This document shows positions 36,167 to 46,321 of a stretch of DNA of 64,000 nucleotides, in pieces. Source of the stretch: a virus. The notes beneath the pieces are model-generated. The model was not told the DNA's origin. It made no database searches and was given only the letters and a program-made list of their open reading frames with translations. The stretch spans positions 1 to 64,000 of IMG/VR virus record IMGVR_UViG_3300010354_000057; one strand, given 5' to 3'. Positions within the stretch are counted from its first letter, which is position 1. Every line of letters starts with the position of its first letter. The position numbers and the translations under genes were made by a program.

Positions 36167-37303
36167 ATGAAAAACGAAGTAAATTTTAAATATATTGATG
36201 TATTTGATAATAAAGATGTAACTTATGATTTGGAAAAATATCCAATGAATAAGATTATTCTTAGAGAAGTACAAAAATATTATCCAGATGTTCAAGATTT
36301 AAGTCTTCTTCATGAGCATGTTGAAGGGGGAAAAGTATCTGATTTGATGTCTAAAGTTAGTAAAGATCTAACTAAGACTGAATTTTATGAATATTTTGAT
36401 GATATCGTTAAGCAATATGTGGTATCTCAAATTGATCGTGATGTTTTAATTCAGAAGTTTGGTAACGTTAGGGCAGTTATCCCAAATCAAGATAAAATTG
36501 GTGCTCTTCTTCATTTTCACCAAGGAAGATGGGTTGGTAACGGTCTTGGATTGAGAACTGTCTGGATGGCATTTACTGATTGTTATGAAAGCAATAGTTT
36601 ACAAATTCTTCCCTTAGAGGAGAGTAGAAGAATTACAATCGATGCTGTTAAAGATAATTGGTCGTATGAAAAACTCCAGGAAGAGTGTACAAAATACGCA
36701 TTTCCAGTAACAATTAAACCAGGACAATTCCATCTGTTCACTCAAGAGCATATTCATGGTAATTTTCCCAATCTTACTAATAAAACTAGAATTAGTATTG
36801 ATGTAAGAATTTTGTTGAAAGATGGTCAACCTCATCGTAAATGGCCTGGTGCATATTTCAGGAGACTTGGGGATCTTGATATTAATTCAACACCAGTAGA
36901 AATTAAACCTGGAGAATCTACAGCAACTTATGCTGAGTATGAAGGATTTAAAACAAAAGGAATTGATCTCCATTTCCAAACTCTTACCGTAAGAAACTAT
37001 TGTTCTAGAATGGGATATGTATTCCCTTATCAACATGCTGATAATGAAGGGACGCATCATGCACATTTAGAGCATTTGATTGAACATGGAAATATTGATC
37101 ATCTATTCTTGTTTAGTATTTTTTCACTACCAGATGATCCTCAAAGAAGAAAATATTTGATGGACTTGGCATTAAAAAATAATTGTAAACTTCATTTTGC
37201 AAATGAAGAGTTTGTACTTGACAATGAGAAAATGTTGAGTAAAATAGAGTACTTAAGATCATTTACGAATGATTGGACAAATCCTGTTGATCAAGTTTTA
37301 TGA
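36167..37303 (+). CDS. PhyH/StrG-like 2OG-Fe(II) oxygenase domain (HxG motif) fused to an LIC12192-like C-terminal domain
   Basis: R...P, FHQG.W.GNG, W..FT....NSL, HGN..N.T..TRISID.R; C-terminal Q....RNYC..SIF.LP..HFANE. Confidence 0.7.
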   Translation: MKNEVNFKYIDVFDNKDVTYDLEKYPMNKIILREVQKYYPDVQDLSLLHEHVEGGKVSDLMSKVSKDLTKTEFYEYFDDIVKQYVVSQIDRDVLIQKFGNVRAVIPNQDKIGALLHFHQGRWVGNGLGLRTVWMAFTDCYESNSLQILPLEESRRITIDAVKDNWSYEKLQEECTKYAFPVTIKPGQFHLFTQEHIHGNFPNLTNKTRISIDVRILLKDGQPHRKWPGAYFRRLGDLDINSTPVEIKPGESTATYAEYEGFKTKGIDLHFQTLTVRNYCSRMGYVFPYQHADNEGTHHAHLEHLIEHGNIDHLFLFSIFSLPDDPQRRKYLMDLALKNNCKLHFANEEFVLDNEKMLSKIEYLRSFTNDWTNPVDQVL

Positions 37304-37482
37304 AAATTAATTTGTGGTATTGTAATGATATGAAACAATGGCGTTGGACATTATGTGATGATTCTCGTCCAATTTTAAAACAAGAATCTGGACAAAGACC
37401 AGATCTTAGAGATGCTATGAATGATGTTGCTAATACTGTTGAATACATACTTGACAATAAGGTAAAAACTGTTATAATTTAA
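37300..37482 (+). CDS. Conserved cyanophage hypothetical protein
   Basis: MKINLWY...M.QWRWTL..QESGQ..LR.AM.DVA.TVEY. Confidence 0.7.
   Translation: MKINLWYCNDMKQWRWTLCDDSRPILKQESGQRPDLRDAMNDVANTVEYILDNKVKTVII
37451..37478 (+). promoter_or_regulatory. Sigma70-type promoter
   Basis: TTGACA-N16-TATAAT. Confidence 0.65.
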
Positions 37483-37523
37483 ATGCGATACTAATTCGCG
37501 CAGTGACCCAAAAAGTGTGACTT

Positions 37524-37550
37524 CAAAACCCTCTTTTAGAGGGTTTTGTT
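37524..37550 (+). terminator. Intrinsic terminator (possibly bidirectional)
   Basis: CAAAACCCTCT-TTT-AGAGGGTTTTG. Confidence 0.8.
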
Positions 37551-37613
37551 GTATGGAAATCATGGTTTTTTATCCGAATAAATAAAACATAGTAGAAACC
37601 TAAGAGTAATAAA

Positions 37614-40600
37614 ATGGGTCTTAGCCGCTTAGATAATTTCCTGAAAAATAGTAGAGGAAATACCCTTTATGTTGATCCATCGAGTATAGATGCTACTGAT
37701 AGTATCGAAAATCAAGGCAATTCTCTTGCCCGTCCTTTTAAATCAATCCAAAGAGCACTGATAGAAGCCGCAAGATTTTCCTATCAAAGAGGATTTGATA
37801 ATGATAGATTTGGTAGGACGACTATTATAGTTTATCCAGGTGATCATATTATTGATAATAGACCTGGATGGATACCCATACATGAAGCGCCTGTTAGTGG
37901 CAGTAATTGGAGGCAAAGAAGTGGGGCATTATCTAATAATTTTACTGCTTTTAATTTAGATTCAAATTTTGATGTATTTGATGATGAAAATGATTTATAT
38001 AAGTTCAATAGTGTTTATGGTGGAGTAATTATTCCTCGTGGAACTTCTTTAGTTGGACTAGATCTTAGAAAAACAAAAATAAGACCTAGATTTGTTCCAG
38101 ATCCAACAAATGATAACATTTCTTCAACAGCAATTTTTAGAGTAACTGGATCTTGTTATTTTTATCAATTTACTCTTTTTGATGCTGATCCAGCGGGAAC
38201 GGTTTATAATTCATATAATACTACAAAATTTGTTCCAAACTATTCTCACCATAAAGTTACTGCTTTTGAATATGCTGATGGTGCAAATCCAGTAAAATTT
38301 AATGATACATTTTTAACATATTCTACTGATAGAACGGACTTAGATTTATATTATCAGAAAATTGGATTGGCATATGGTCCATCTAGTGGTAGAGATATTC
38401 AAAATGATTATCCAAGCACTCTCATTGATGTACAAGCAAAGGTTGATGAATTTAGAATTGTTGGATCTAAAGGACAGGATGTTGGAATTACTAGCATTAA
38501 ATCTGGTAATGGTGTTACTGCTACTACGACTATTACCGTAGATCTTGAAGAGGTAATTCCAGGAATAGACGTAGATACTCCCATTAGAATTGAAGGAGTT
38601 CCAGTTTCTGGATATAATGGACAATATGTAATATCTACTGTTGAATCTCCCACTAGAATTACATATAAAACTTCTGTTGCTCCTGTAAATCCTCTTCCAA
38701 CTATTGTTAGTGGATCCCCAACTCTTAATATTGTAGTAGATACAGTTACTTCATCATCACCTTATATCTTTAACTGTTCACTAAGATCAGTTTTTGGTAT
38801 GTGTGGATTACATGCTGATGGAAGCAAAGCAGATGGATTTAAATCCATGGTTGTTGCTCAATTTACTGGTATTGGATTGCAGAAAGATGACAATGCCTTT
38901 GTGAAGTATAATTCTTCTACGGGTGTTTATGAAGATAGTACTGCTGTAACTAATATTCATACTAATTCATCTGCTTTATACAAACCAACATACGAAAGTT
39001 TTCATATTAAAGCATCTAATGATGCTTTCTTACAGTTAGTATCAATTTTTGCTATTGGTTATGCTAATCACTTCTTAGTAGAAAGTGGTGGTGATCATTC
39101 TATTACTAATTCAAACTCTAACTTTGGTGCAAAAGCATTAGTTGCTAGAGGATTTAAGAGAGAATCATTCCCAAGAGATGATACTGGATTTATAACTCAT
39201 ATTATCCCACCAAAAGAAATTGAAAATTCCGATGTAACAATTGAATTTGATGCTATTGATGTTGGAAGGACAGTTGGAATTGCTTCTACGTCTAGATTAT
39301 ATCTTTATAATAGAACTAATCCTAATGATCCCCCAAACCATATTTTAGAGGGATATAGAATAGGTGCTAAAAAAGGTGATAGTCTTCATGTATTAATTAA
39401 TGATGGTAACGGGACTACTCAATCCTTATCTGCTAGAATAGTAATGCCAAATACCCAAAACACGGGTATTTATGAATCAACTTATAGGAAAATAGTTCAT
39501 GTCGGTAGAACTAATGCTGGTATTAATAGTATTGCTGCAGATACATTAACTTTTACCACACCTCACAAATTCATAAATGGTGAAACGATTAGAATTTTTA
39601 GTAGTACTGGTGAACTTCCAGATGGATTGAATCACAATCAAGTTTATTATGCAATTACTAGTGGAGTTAATGCCGATCAAATTCAAATAGCACAAACTTT
39701 TAATGATACTGTTACTGCTGATGCTATTTCTATTAATAATAAAGGTGGAATACTATTAGTAGAGAGTAGAGTATCAGATAAAGTTTCTGGTGATCCTGGA
39801 CACCCAATTCAATTTGATACTAATGTTGGTCAATGGTATTTGACTGTAAGTGGGATATCAACCTTTAATAATTTAACACCAGCAATCGTTGGATTGGGAA
39901 CTACATCACTGGGGAATGCTACATCTAGATCATTTATAAAAAGAAAACCAGATACTAGATCTTTAAGTGATAAAATTTATAAAGCTAGATATGTTATTCC
40001 AAGAGATGCTGTAGTTGTTGCAAGACCACCTCAAGAAGGATTTGTAATTCAAGAATCTAATGATACTATTGGTGGAACATCTGCGGAAATTTTGAAGTAT
40101 AATAGTGTAGATTCTGTATCTTTATCCAATAGTTCTGAATTAAGAAACTATAGATTAATATCTAATGCTATTTGGGATAGTTTAGTAGGTATTGCGACTT
40201 ATACCACAGAAGTTCCCCATGAATTATCTGTTGGATCTTTAGTTGAAATTAAAAATATTAAAACCACGACAAACACTGCTGGAATTGGTAACAGTGGGTT
40301 TAATGGATATTATGAGGTAACTTCTAAACCAACCAGACGATCTTTTACAGTAGGATTAACTACTAATCCTGGAACTTTTATTAGCAATACCTCTTTAAGA
40401 AATCAAAATTTACCTTATTATCGTAGAGCAAGATTTAATAATACTTTTGTAGTCTATAAGACTAAAGAAATTCAAGAATATGTTCCAAATGATAAAGATG
40501 GAATTTATCATTTAACCCTTCTAAGTGTTTCTAATTCACCTAATGTTGTACCTTTTGATGGATTAAAATTTTCTCAACCAATCAAAAATCTTTACCCACA

Positions 40601-43499
40601 ATTAGATAGAGATAACTCAGATTCTGATCCACCAAAAGCAACTTCGTTTGCTCTACCAAATCCTATTGGATTAGTTGAAATTAACAACCCAGAATATAGC
40701 ATTACTAGAGAAACACTAGTAAATCAGTTACATGATTTTGCTGTTGGATTTGGATTAACCGATATTAGATCTTCGTCTGGTGTAGCGCATACTCTGTATA
40801 CAAAATTAGATCATGGACTAAACAGAATTACCACTGTTGGTATTGTTAGTACTGGTGTAAATTATGGTACTGGATCTGGAACAGACCAAACTTTATATAA
40901 TGCTCGTTTAGTTGGATTCGCTGGATCAACTACTGGAAAATTTGCTACCGCTAATGTAAAGATTAATGCTACTGGTAGAATTACTGCTGTTAATATTGTT
41001 GATGGTGGTAGTGCATATGGAATTGGCAATACTTTAGCCGTTGTTGGTATTGCAACAACTACTGGGCATATTGTTGGTGTTGTATCTGTAACTGGAATAT
41101 ACAATAATATTGGAGATTGTATTGCCATAGAAGGTGTACAAGGGGATACATTTAAAACTTATAATAATCTGTATAGAATTACAAGTATAAATGTAGGGCA
41201 AGAAAAACAAATACAGGTTTCTTCATCATCAACAGTTACTGCTGATTATGAATTTGTTGGATCATTCCCGATAACTGGTGTTAATACTAATGGATTAATT
41301 AATGTTAATAGTGATGCTTTGCTTTATACTGCTGCATATGTTTCTGGTAAAACTTTAGGAATTTCATCGATAACATATACCAAAACAACTGGTATTGCTA
41401 GTGTTACTTTTTCTGAACCTCATGGTTATTATGTTGACAATAAAATAAGAATTAGTGGATTTAATGAAGGATTTTATAATGATGATTTTATTGTAAAGAA
41501 AATTCATAGTGTAACGTCTATAGATGTTTTTGTTGGTGTATCTACTATTTCTTTAGGAACGACTTCAACTTCTGGTGCTTATGCTTTTAAACCAGGATTT
41601 GGTGCTCAAGGTGGATTTTTATCGGATAATAATGAAAGAACATCTGGAAGAATAACTCCATATTATGCTGGCATTACAACTACTTTATCTGTAGCATTAA
41701 CTAACCCAAGCACAAATGTCCTTACTGTTGGCAATGCTTTAAGACTTAATCTACAAGTTGGAGATTATTTGATAGTTAATAATGAAATTATGAGGGTGTC
41801 CTCTACTGTTACATCTTCAACACAAATTAATGTTTTCCGTGGTTTATTTGGTAGTTCTAAAGAAAGTCACTCTGTAAATTCTGTTATAAGAAGAATTAAA
41901 TTCTTACCAATTGAATTTAGAAGAAATTCAATTCTTCGTGCATCTGGACATACATTTGAATACCTTGGATTTGGTCCTGGTAACTATTCCACAGCGTTAC
42001 CAGAAAGACAGGATAGAAAATTCACCGATACTGAAAGAATACTTTCTCAGGCAGTTAGTGATGACGGTGGTGCTCCAATCTACACAGGAATGGATGATCG
42101 TGGTAATAATTATACTGTTAATGCCGTTACTAATTCGTCAACAGGTCAAGAACTTCTAGTAAATACTCCAATTCCTTCTGTAAGAGGTGAAGATCTAACT
42201 TCTGATACAACTTCTATTGGATTTGATGTTCAATCTACTTCAGAATTGACGATTGAAAGATCTTTAAAGGTTGAAGGTGGAACTTCTGGGACAATAATTT
42301 CCGAATTTAATGGACCTGTTATATTCAATAATAAATTATCGTCTAATTCTGATGAAGGAATTGAGGCAAACTCTTTATTCCTTCAGGGTGATGCTACTAT
42401 TTCTAGAAGATATACTGTGGGTGTATCTCAACCATCTCTTGCAGGTATCCCAGGAGATATTGTATTCTATTCTGATCCACATCCAGGTGGCACCATTGGA
42501 TGGGTATATACTGTAGAAAATGATTGGAAAGAATTTGCACCAATTAAGAATAATAATGGTCATTTTGTAGGTATCTTTAGTGGAACATTTATTGGTGATG
42601 GATCTAATCTTAGTAGTGTTTCTGATATTTGGGTATTTGATGGGGTTGGTATTTCAACCACTGCAAATGTTGGTATTGAAACTACCTCAGCAAAACCAGG
42701 ATATTCTTTATATGCTTCTGGTCCAGTATTATTTGAAAATAACGTAGAGTTTAGATCGCAATCACTTCTCTGGAATATCACTAATGGTTTCTTAGTTAAT
42801 ACTGGTATTACCACATTTAATCAACAATTAAATGCTAATACATTCAGAACAGTAGGTGTTGCTACGTTCCAAAATGATGTTATTGTAACTACAAACCCAG
42901 CGACAACTGGTGATACCGCAGGAAATTATTTAAAATTTGTACAAACTGATACTAATATAAACGCTTCTTATTTCTACGGTGGTATTCTTTGGGATGGTAA
43001 TGATTCTGGGAATAATGGGACCAGGGGATATATTAGAGGTGAATCTGAGGGAACATCTGGACAATTTGCTATAACTTTTGCCACGCAAGGATCTGGTGCA
43101 AGTAATCCTCAAGAGAGATTAAGACTTGATAGTGCTGGTGATGTAAATGTTATTAATAACTTAAACGTTGGTGTTAATATTGTTGCTGCAGGTGAAATAA
43201 CCGCTAATTCTGATGAAAGAATAAAAACCAATATTAAGACAATTGACAATGCACTCGACAAAGTTCTACAACTTCGTGGAGTTGAGTATGATCGTACAGA
43301 TATTGACAAGCATCAAATTGGTGTTATTGCACAAGAAGTTGAAAAAGTCTTCCCAGATCTAGTCCTAGATGGTGAGAAAAAGTCTGTTGCTTATGGTAAC
43401 ATGGTGGCAGTTCTTATTGAGGCAATCAAAGAGCAACAAAAGCAAATTGATGCTCAATCCAAGCAAATTGAAGAACTGATCAAAAGACTTGACGGTTAA
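37614..43499 (+). CDS. Large tail fibre/virion protein with C-terminal peptidase S74 chaperone domain
   Basis: MGLSRLDNFLK..LYVDP..RPFK.IQRA N-terminus; SDERIK.NI..I..AL..V..LRGV.Y..IGVIAQEVE plus coiled coil. Confidence 0.88.
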   Translation: MGLSRLDNFLKNSRGNTLYVDPSSIDATDSIENQGNSLARPFKSIQRALIEAARFSYQRGFDNDRFGRTTIIVYPGDHIIDNRPGWIPIHEAPVSGSNWRQRSGALSNNFTAFNLDSNFDVFDDENDLYKFNSVYGGVIIPRGTSLVGLDLRKTKIRPRFVPDPTNDNISSTAIFRVTGSCYFYQFTLFDADPAGTVYNSYNTTKFVPNYSHHKVTAFEYADGANPVKFNDTFLTYSTDRTDLDLYYQKIGLAYGPSSGRDIQNDYPSTLIDVQAKVDEFRIVGSKGQDVGITSIKSGNGVTATTTITVDLEEVIPGIDVDTPIRIEGVPVSGYNGQYVISTVESPTRITYKTSVAPVNPLPTIVSGSPTLNIVVDTVTSSSPYIFNCSLRSVFGMCGLHADGSKADGFKSMVVAQFTGIGLQKDDNAFVKYNSSTGVYEDSTAVTNIHTNSSALYKPTYESFHIKASNDAFLQLVSIFAIGYANHFLVESGGDHSITNSNSNFGAKALVARGFKRESFPRDDTGFITHIIPPKEIENSDVTIEFDAIDVGRTVGIASTSRLYLYNRTNPNDPPNHILEGYRIGAKKGDSLHVLINDGNGTTQSLSARIVMPNTQNTGIYESTYRKIVHVGRTNAGINSIAADTLTFTTPHKFINGETIRIFSSTGELPDGLNHNQVYYAITSGVNADQIQIAQTFNDTVTADAISINNKGGILLVESRVSDKVSGDPGHPIQFDTNVGQWYLTVSGISTFNNLTPAIVGLGTTSLGNATSRSFIKRKPDTRSLSDKIYKARYVIPRDAVVVARPPQEGFVIQESNDTIGGTSAEILKYNSVDSVSLSNSSELRNYRLISNAIWDSLVGIATYTTEVPHELSVGSLVEIKNIKTTTNTAGIGNSGFNGYYEVTSKPTRRSFTVGLTTNPGTFISNTSLRNQNLPYYRRARFNNTFVVYKTKEIQEYVPNDKDGIYHLTLLSVSNSPNVVPFDGLKFSQPIKNLYPQLDRDNSDSDPPKATSFALPNPIGLVEINNPEYSITRETLVNQLHDFAVGFGLTDIRSSSGVAHTLYTKLDHGLNRITTVGIVSTGVNYGTGSGTDQTLYNARLVGFAGSTTGKFATANVKINATGRITAVNIVDGGSAYGIGNTLAVVGIATTTGHIVGVVSVTGIYNNIGDCIAIEGVQGDTFKTYNNLYRITSINVGQEKQIQVSSSSTVTADYEFVGSFPITGVNTNGLINVNSDALLYTAAYVSGKTLGISSITYTKTTGIASVTFSEPHGYYVDNKIRISGFNEGFYNDDFIVKKIHSVTSIDVFVGVSTISLGTTSTSGAYAFKPGFGAQGGFLSDNNERTSGRITPYYAGITTTLSVALTNPSTNVLTVGNALRLNLQVGDYLIVNNEIMRVSSTVTSSTQINVFRGLFGSSKESHSVNSVIRRIKFLPIEFRRNSILRASGHTFEYLGFGPGNYSTALPERQDRKFTDTERILSQAVSDDGGAPIYTGMDDRGNNYTVNAVTNSSTGQELLVNTPIPSVRGEDLTSDTTSIGFDVQSTSELTIERSLKVEGGTSGTIISEFNGPVIFNNKLSSNSDEGIEANSLFLQGDATISRRYTVGVSQPSLAGIPGDIVFYSDPHPGGTIGWVYTVENDWKEFAPIKNNNGHFVGIFSGTFIGDGSNLSSVSDIWVFDGVGISTTANVGIETTSAKPGYSLYASGPVLFENNVEFRSQSLLWNITNGFLVNTGITTFNQQLNANTFRTVGVATFQNDVIVTTNPATTGDTAGNYLKFVQTDTNINASYFYGGILWDGNDSGNNGTRGYIRGESEGTSGQFAITFATQGSGASNPQERLRLDSAGDVNVINNLNVGVNIVAAGEITANSDERIKTNIKTIDNALDKVLQLRGVEYDRTDIDKHQIGVIAQEVEKVFPDLVLDGEKKSVAYGNMVAVLIEAIKEQQKQIDAQSKQIEELIKRLDG

Positions 43500-43500
43500 T

Positions 43501-43560
43501 TGACCAGTTGATAAACTGTCACAAGGGGTCCCCCAGGACCCCTTCTTTTTGCTGTATAAT
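43501..43560 (+). promoter_or_regulatory. Inverted-repeat motif, hairpin and -10 box upstream of the helicase
   Basis: CAGTT-gata-AACTG-TCAC; AAGGGGTCC/GGACCCCTT hairpin plus T run; TATAAT at 43555. Confidence 0.6.
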
Positions 43561-43573
43561 AATTCTATCGTCA

Positions 43574-44815
43574 ATGAGTTCCATGTTCCAACTTCGCCCC
43601 CATCAGAAATCTGCTCTTGAGGCGATGCTGCTTCATGCCAAAGGAATTGTCGTTGCTCCGACTGGTGCAGGCAAGAGTATCATTGCTATCTATGATACCA
43701 TCCGTCAGTTTGCTCTAGGCAATCAGACTGTGGTAGTCGTTGCTCCTAGGTTGCTGCTTGCTCAGCAGTTGTGCTCTGAGTTTATGGAGCACATCACTGA
43801 CGCCTCTGTGATGCATGTTCACTCTGCTAAGGATTGTCATTACTTTGCTACAACTAAACCTTCTGAGATTGGTGACTGGTGTGAAAATACTCAGGGTAAC
43901 AAACTGATCTTCACTACCTATAACTCTCTTCAGCGTGTCGTTGATGCAGGTATTCATGTTAATGCTATCTATTTTGACGAAGCACACAATTCTGTTAAAA
44001 AGTCATTTTTTGATGGCACACGCATTCTATCTAAGTATGCTGATCGTTGCTATTTCTTTACTGCAACTCCGAAGTATTCTGCTACTCCGAAGAAACCAGG
44101 AATGAATGATCAGGAAGTATATGGTAAGATCATTTTCAATGTTCCTGCCCCTGAACTGATTGCTAACGGTTCTATTCTCCCTCCTAAGATTAATGCTATG
44201 AACATTGGTTTTGTCCGTGATAAGGATCAGAACCCTGCTGAAAGGGATTGTATGACCCTTCTGGACACGATCCTCAATGAGGATCATATGGACAAAGTTC
44301 TTGTCGCTGCACCCAACACTCAGGTTTTGATCCGTATGATTGCTGAGACTGACTTTATGACAGAAGTTCAGTCTTATGGATATGATGTTCTCTGGATTAC
44401 CGCTAAGTATGGTGCGTTCATCAACAACACTAAAATCAGTCGTGAAGAGTTCTTTAACAAAATTTCTGATTTTGGCAAAGATCCCAACAAAAAGTTCATT
44501 GTCCTTCATTACTCCATCCTTAGCGAAGGTATTTCTGTGCCTGGTCTTACTTCTCTTGTTATGATGCGTCAGATGAATGTGATTGAAATGTGTCAGTCTA
44601 TTGGTCGTGTCATCCGTCTCCATCTGGATGATATTAAAGGCATTCAGAATGGACAAATCAAAGCAGGTGATCTGGATGCCTATACCAAGTCTTTTGGTTT
44701 GATCCATGTCCCTGTTTACAGCAACACTGGCATCTCTACTGTGCGTCGCCTGCAATCTGTGGTTGACACCGTGTTTGTTGAAGGTCAACCTGCTATCTCG
44801 GTAATCAAAAAATGA
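43574..44815 (+). CDS. Superfamily 2 DEAH helicase
   Basis: LRPHQ, PTGAGKS, TTYNS, DEAH, TATP, LSEGI, Q.IGRVIR. Confidence 0.92.
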   Translation: MSSMFQLRPHQKSALEAMLLHAKGIVVAPTGAGKSIIAIYDTIRQFALGNQTVVVVAPRLLLAQQLCSEFMEHITDASVMHVHSAKDCHYFATTKPSEIGDWCENTQGNKLIFTTYNSLQRVVDAGIHVNAIYFDEAHNSVKKSFFDGTRILSKYADRCYFFTATPKYSATPKKPGMNDQEVYGKIIFNVPAPELIANGSILPPKINAMNIGFVRDKDQNPAERDCMTLLDTILNEDHMDKVLVAAPNTQVLIRMIAETDFMTEVQSYGYDVLWITAKYGAFINNTKISREEFFNKISDFGKDPNKKFIVLHYSILSEGISVPGLTSLVMMRQMNVIEMCQSIGRVIRLHLDDIKGIQNGQIKAGDLDAYTKSFGLIHVPVYSNTGISTVRRLQSVVDTVFVEGQPAISVIKK

Positions 44816-45255
44816 GATATGAGTTTATAAAGCAGGGTTTCCTGGAATGTGTTGGATTGACCTGGGAAGACATTGATCTACAGATACAAAATGAAGTTCA
44901 AAGGAGAAAATGTAGAGTTATTGGTGAGAGTTATGAAGATGTGACATATCTTCTTTTAGATAATCAAAGATTTCAACCCAATATTACAAAAGTTCATCGA
45001 GAGATGATTGAAAAATATAATCTCAATGTTTTACACATATATGCATCGAAAAATTATAAAGGGAAAACCTTTGGTAGGCACTGCGATAATCAGAATGTTT
45101 TGATAGTTCAATCTATTGGTAAAATGGAATATAAATTTGATGATGATCAAATTATTTGTTTGCAACCTGGAGATGGTTTGTATATTCCTAAAGGTATGTA
45201 TCATGACCCTATATCAAGTGAACCTAGGGTCACATTAAGTTTTTCTTGGAGTTAA
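44812..45255 (+). CDS. Cupin/JmjC-like oxygenase
   Basis: H.Y, FGRHCD, L.PGD.LYIP.G.YH, R.TLSF. Confidence 0.8.
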   Translation: MRYEFIKQGFLECVGLTWEDIDLQIQNEVQRRKCRVIGESYEDVTYLLLDNQRFQPNITKVHREMIEKYNLNVLHIYASKNYKGKTFGRHCDNQNVLIVQSIGKMEYKFDDDQIICLQPGDGLYIPKGMYHDPISSEPRVTLSFSWS

Positions 45256-45257
45256 TT

Positions 45258-45431
45258 ATGATTGAAGGATTTGTCACTAAAGATGGGTATGCTGCTGTTC
45301 CTTTCGGAAAACAACTTATGGTTATTTACGATGGACAGCAGTTGAAAGTATGTAGAACTGAAAGTTCTGCTCGTAAATTCATTAAACAACACTCATCTCA
45401 ACCAAAATCAGGCACTGTTTTCGTTAAATGA
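45258..45431 (+). CDS. Hypothetical protein
   Basis: Small ORF in a tightly packed run. Confidence 0.6.
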   Translation: MIEGFVTKDGYAAVPFGKQLMVIYDGQQLKVCRTESSARKFIKQHSSQPKSGTVFVK

Positions 45432-45637
45432 TTATGAAGAAAGAAAAGACCAAGTTTATCTGTGTTTCTCCCCTTACAAACAAAGCAAAAATTCATTTTC
45501 ATCTTGACATGGATAATCTTCATTCTTGTCGCGTAAAAGATGAAAAAGATGGTAGAATGTATCTTGAATCTTTGAATAAAAAACATTATTTTTGGATGGA
45601 TAAGAAAAATGATTCAAATTGGAGGATTGAAAAATGA
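45428..45637 (+). CDS. Conserved cyanophage hypothetical protein
   Basis: V.P...AK..F...M..LHSC.V..L.S.N...FW. Confidence 0.65.
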   Translation: MIMKKEKTKFICVSPLTNKAKIHFHLDMDNLHSCRVKDEKDGRMYLESLNKKHYFWMDKKNDSNWRIEK

Positions 45638-45843
45638 AAATTAGAGCTACCCCAGACACATTAGTTACAATTACCGTAGATAAAGAAGGATTGGAAACTA
45701 TGATTAATGCTGCATCTGCAGCGATTACATCTATTAATGAATGGAATATGGGTGATGAGTATGATACTGATGTAACCCCATATCATGAACTTTTAGAAGC
45801 ACTTAGGGAAAAATATAAAAATGTTTATGGAGAACTTTCATAA
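45634..45843 (+). CDS. Hypothetical protein
   Basis: ATGA-coupled ORF. Confidence 0.55.
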   Translation: MKIRATPDTLVTITVDKEGLETMINAASAAITSINEWNMGDEYDTDVTPYHELLEALREKYKNVYGELS

Positions 45844-46321
45844 AAACTTTTTTATCCACAATGATGAAGTATTAATTTATTTCTGTGCTTTGGTGGATAC
45901 TCTTCAAAAAGCATCAAAAAAATATCGTGATGTAACTAATCATTGTTTGTCTCCTAATTGCTTTGCCTCAAATAATCTTATAGAATTACTCAAAGATTAT
46001 TTGTTTGTAGACAATATCAACTTGATTTTGGAAGAATGTCAAAATCACCTTCCAGATCAAGTTGATTATTTCTATATGCATATGATAGACTATAAAAATG
46101 GTGGTGATATGCTTATCCATAAACATGATCATAATGAAGACTATTCTTTCATTTTATATCTTAACGATTGTGATGATGGGCATACTATTTTATACCTAGA
46201 TAGACCTATTAGAATTAAACCAGAACGGGGAAAAATATTAATTTTTTCTTCAGATGTTTATCATTCGGCAACATTTTCAAAGAATAAAAAGATATTAGTC
46301 GGGGGTTTAAAAATAAAATGA
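45821..46321 (+). CDS. Putative 2OG-Fe(II) oxygenase
   Basis: HKHD..EDYSFILYLN..G.T, P..GK.LIF....YH, K.IL. Confidence 0.8.
   Translation: MFMENFHKNFFIHNDEVLIYFCALVDTLQKASKKYRDVTNHCLSPNCFASNNLIELLKDYLFVDNINLILEECQNHLPDQVDYFYMHMIDYKNGGDMLIHKHDHNEDYSFILYLNDCDDGHTILYLDRPIRIKPERGKILIFSSDVYHSATFSKNKKILVGGLKIK

Noticed and set aside
44027-44788. 253-aa antisense ORF over the helicase, and similar shadows at 28247, 28377, 57809 and 57918
   Set aside because: Explained by the codon bias or low complexity of the sense gene; no recognisable motifs
43574-44815. Helicase as a type III restriction subunit
   Set aside because: No nuclease domain or adjacent DNA methyltransferase
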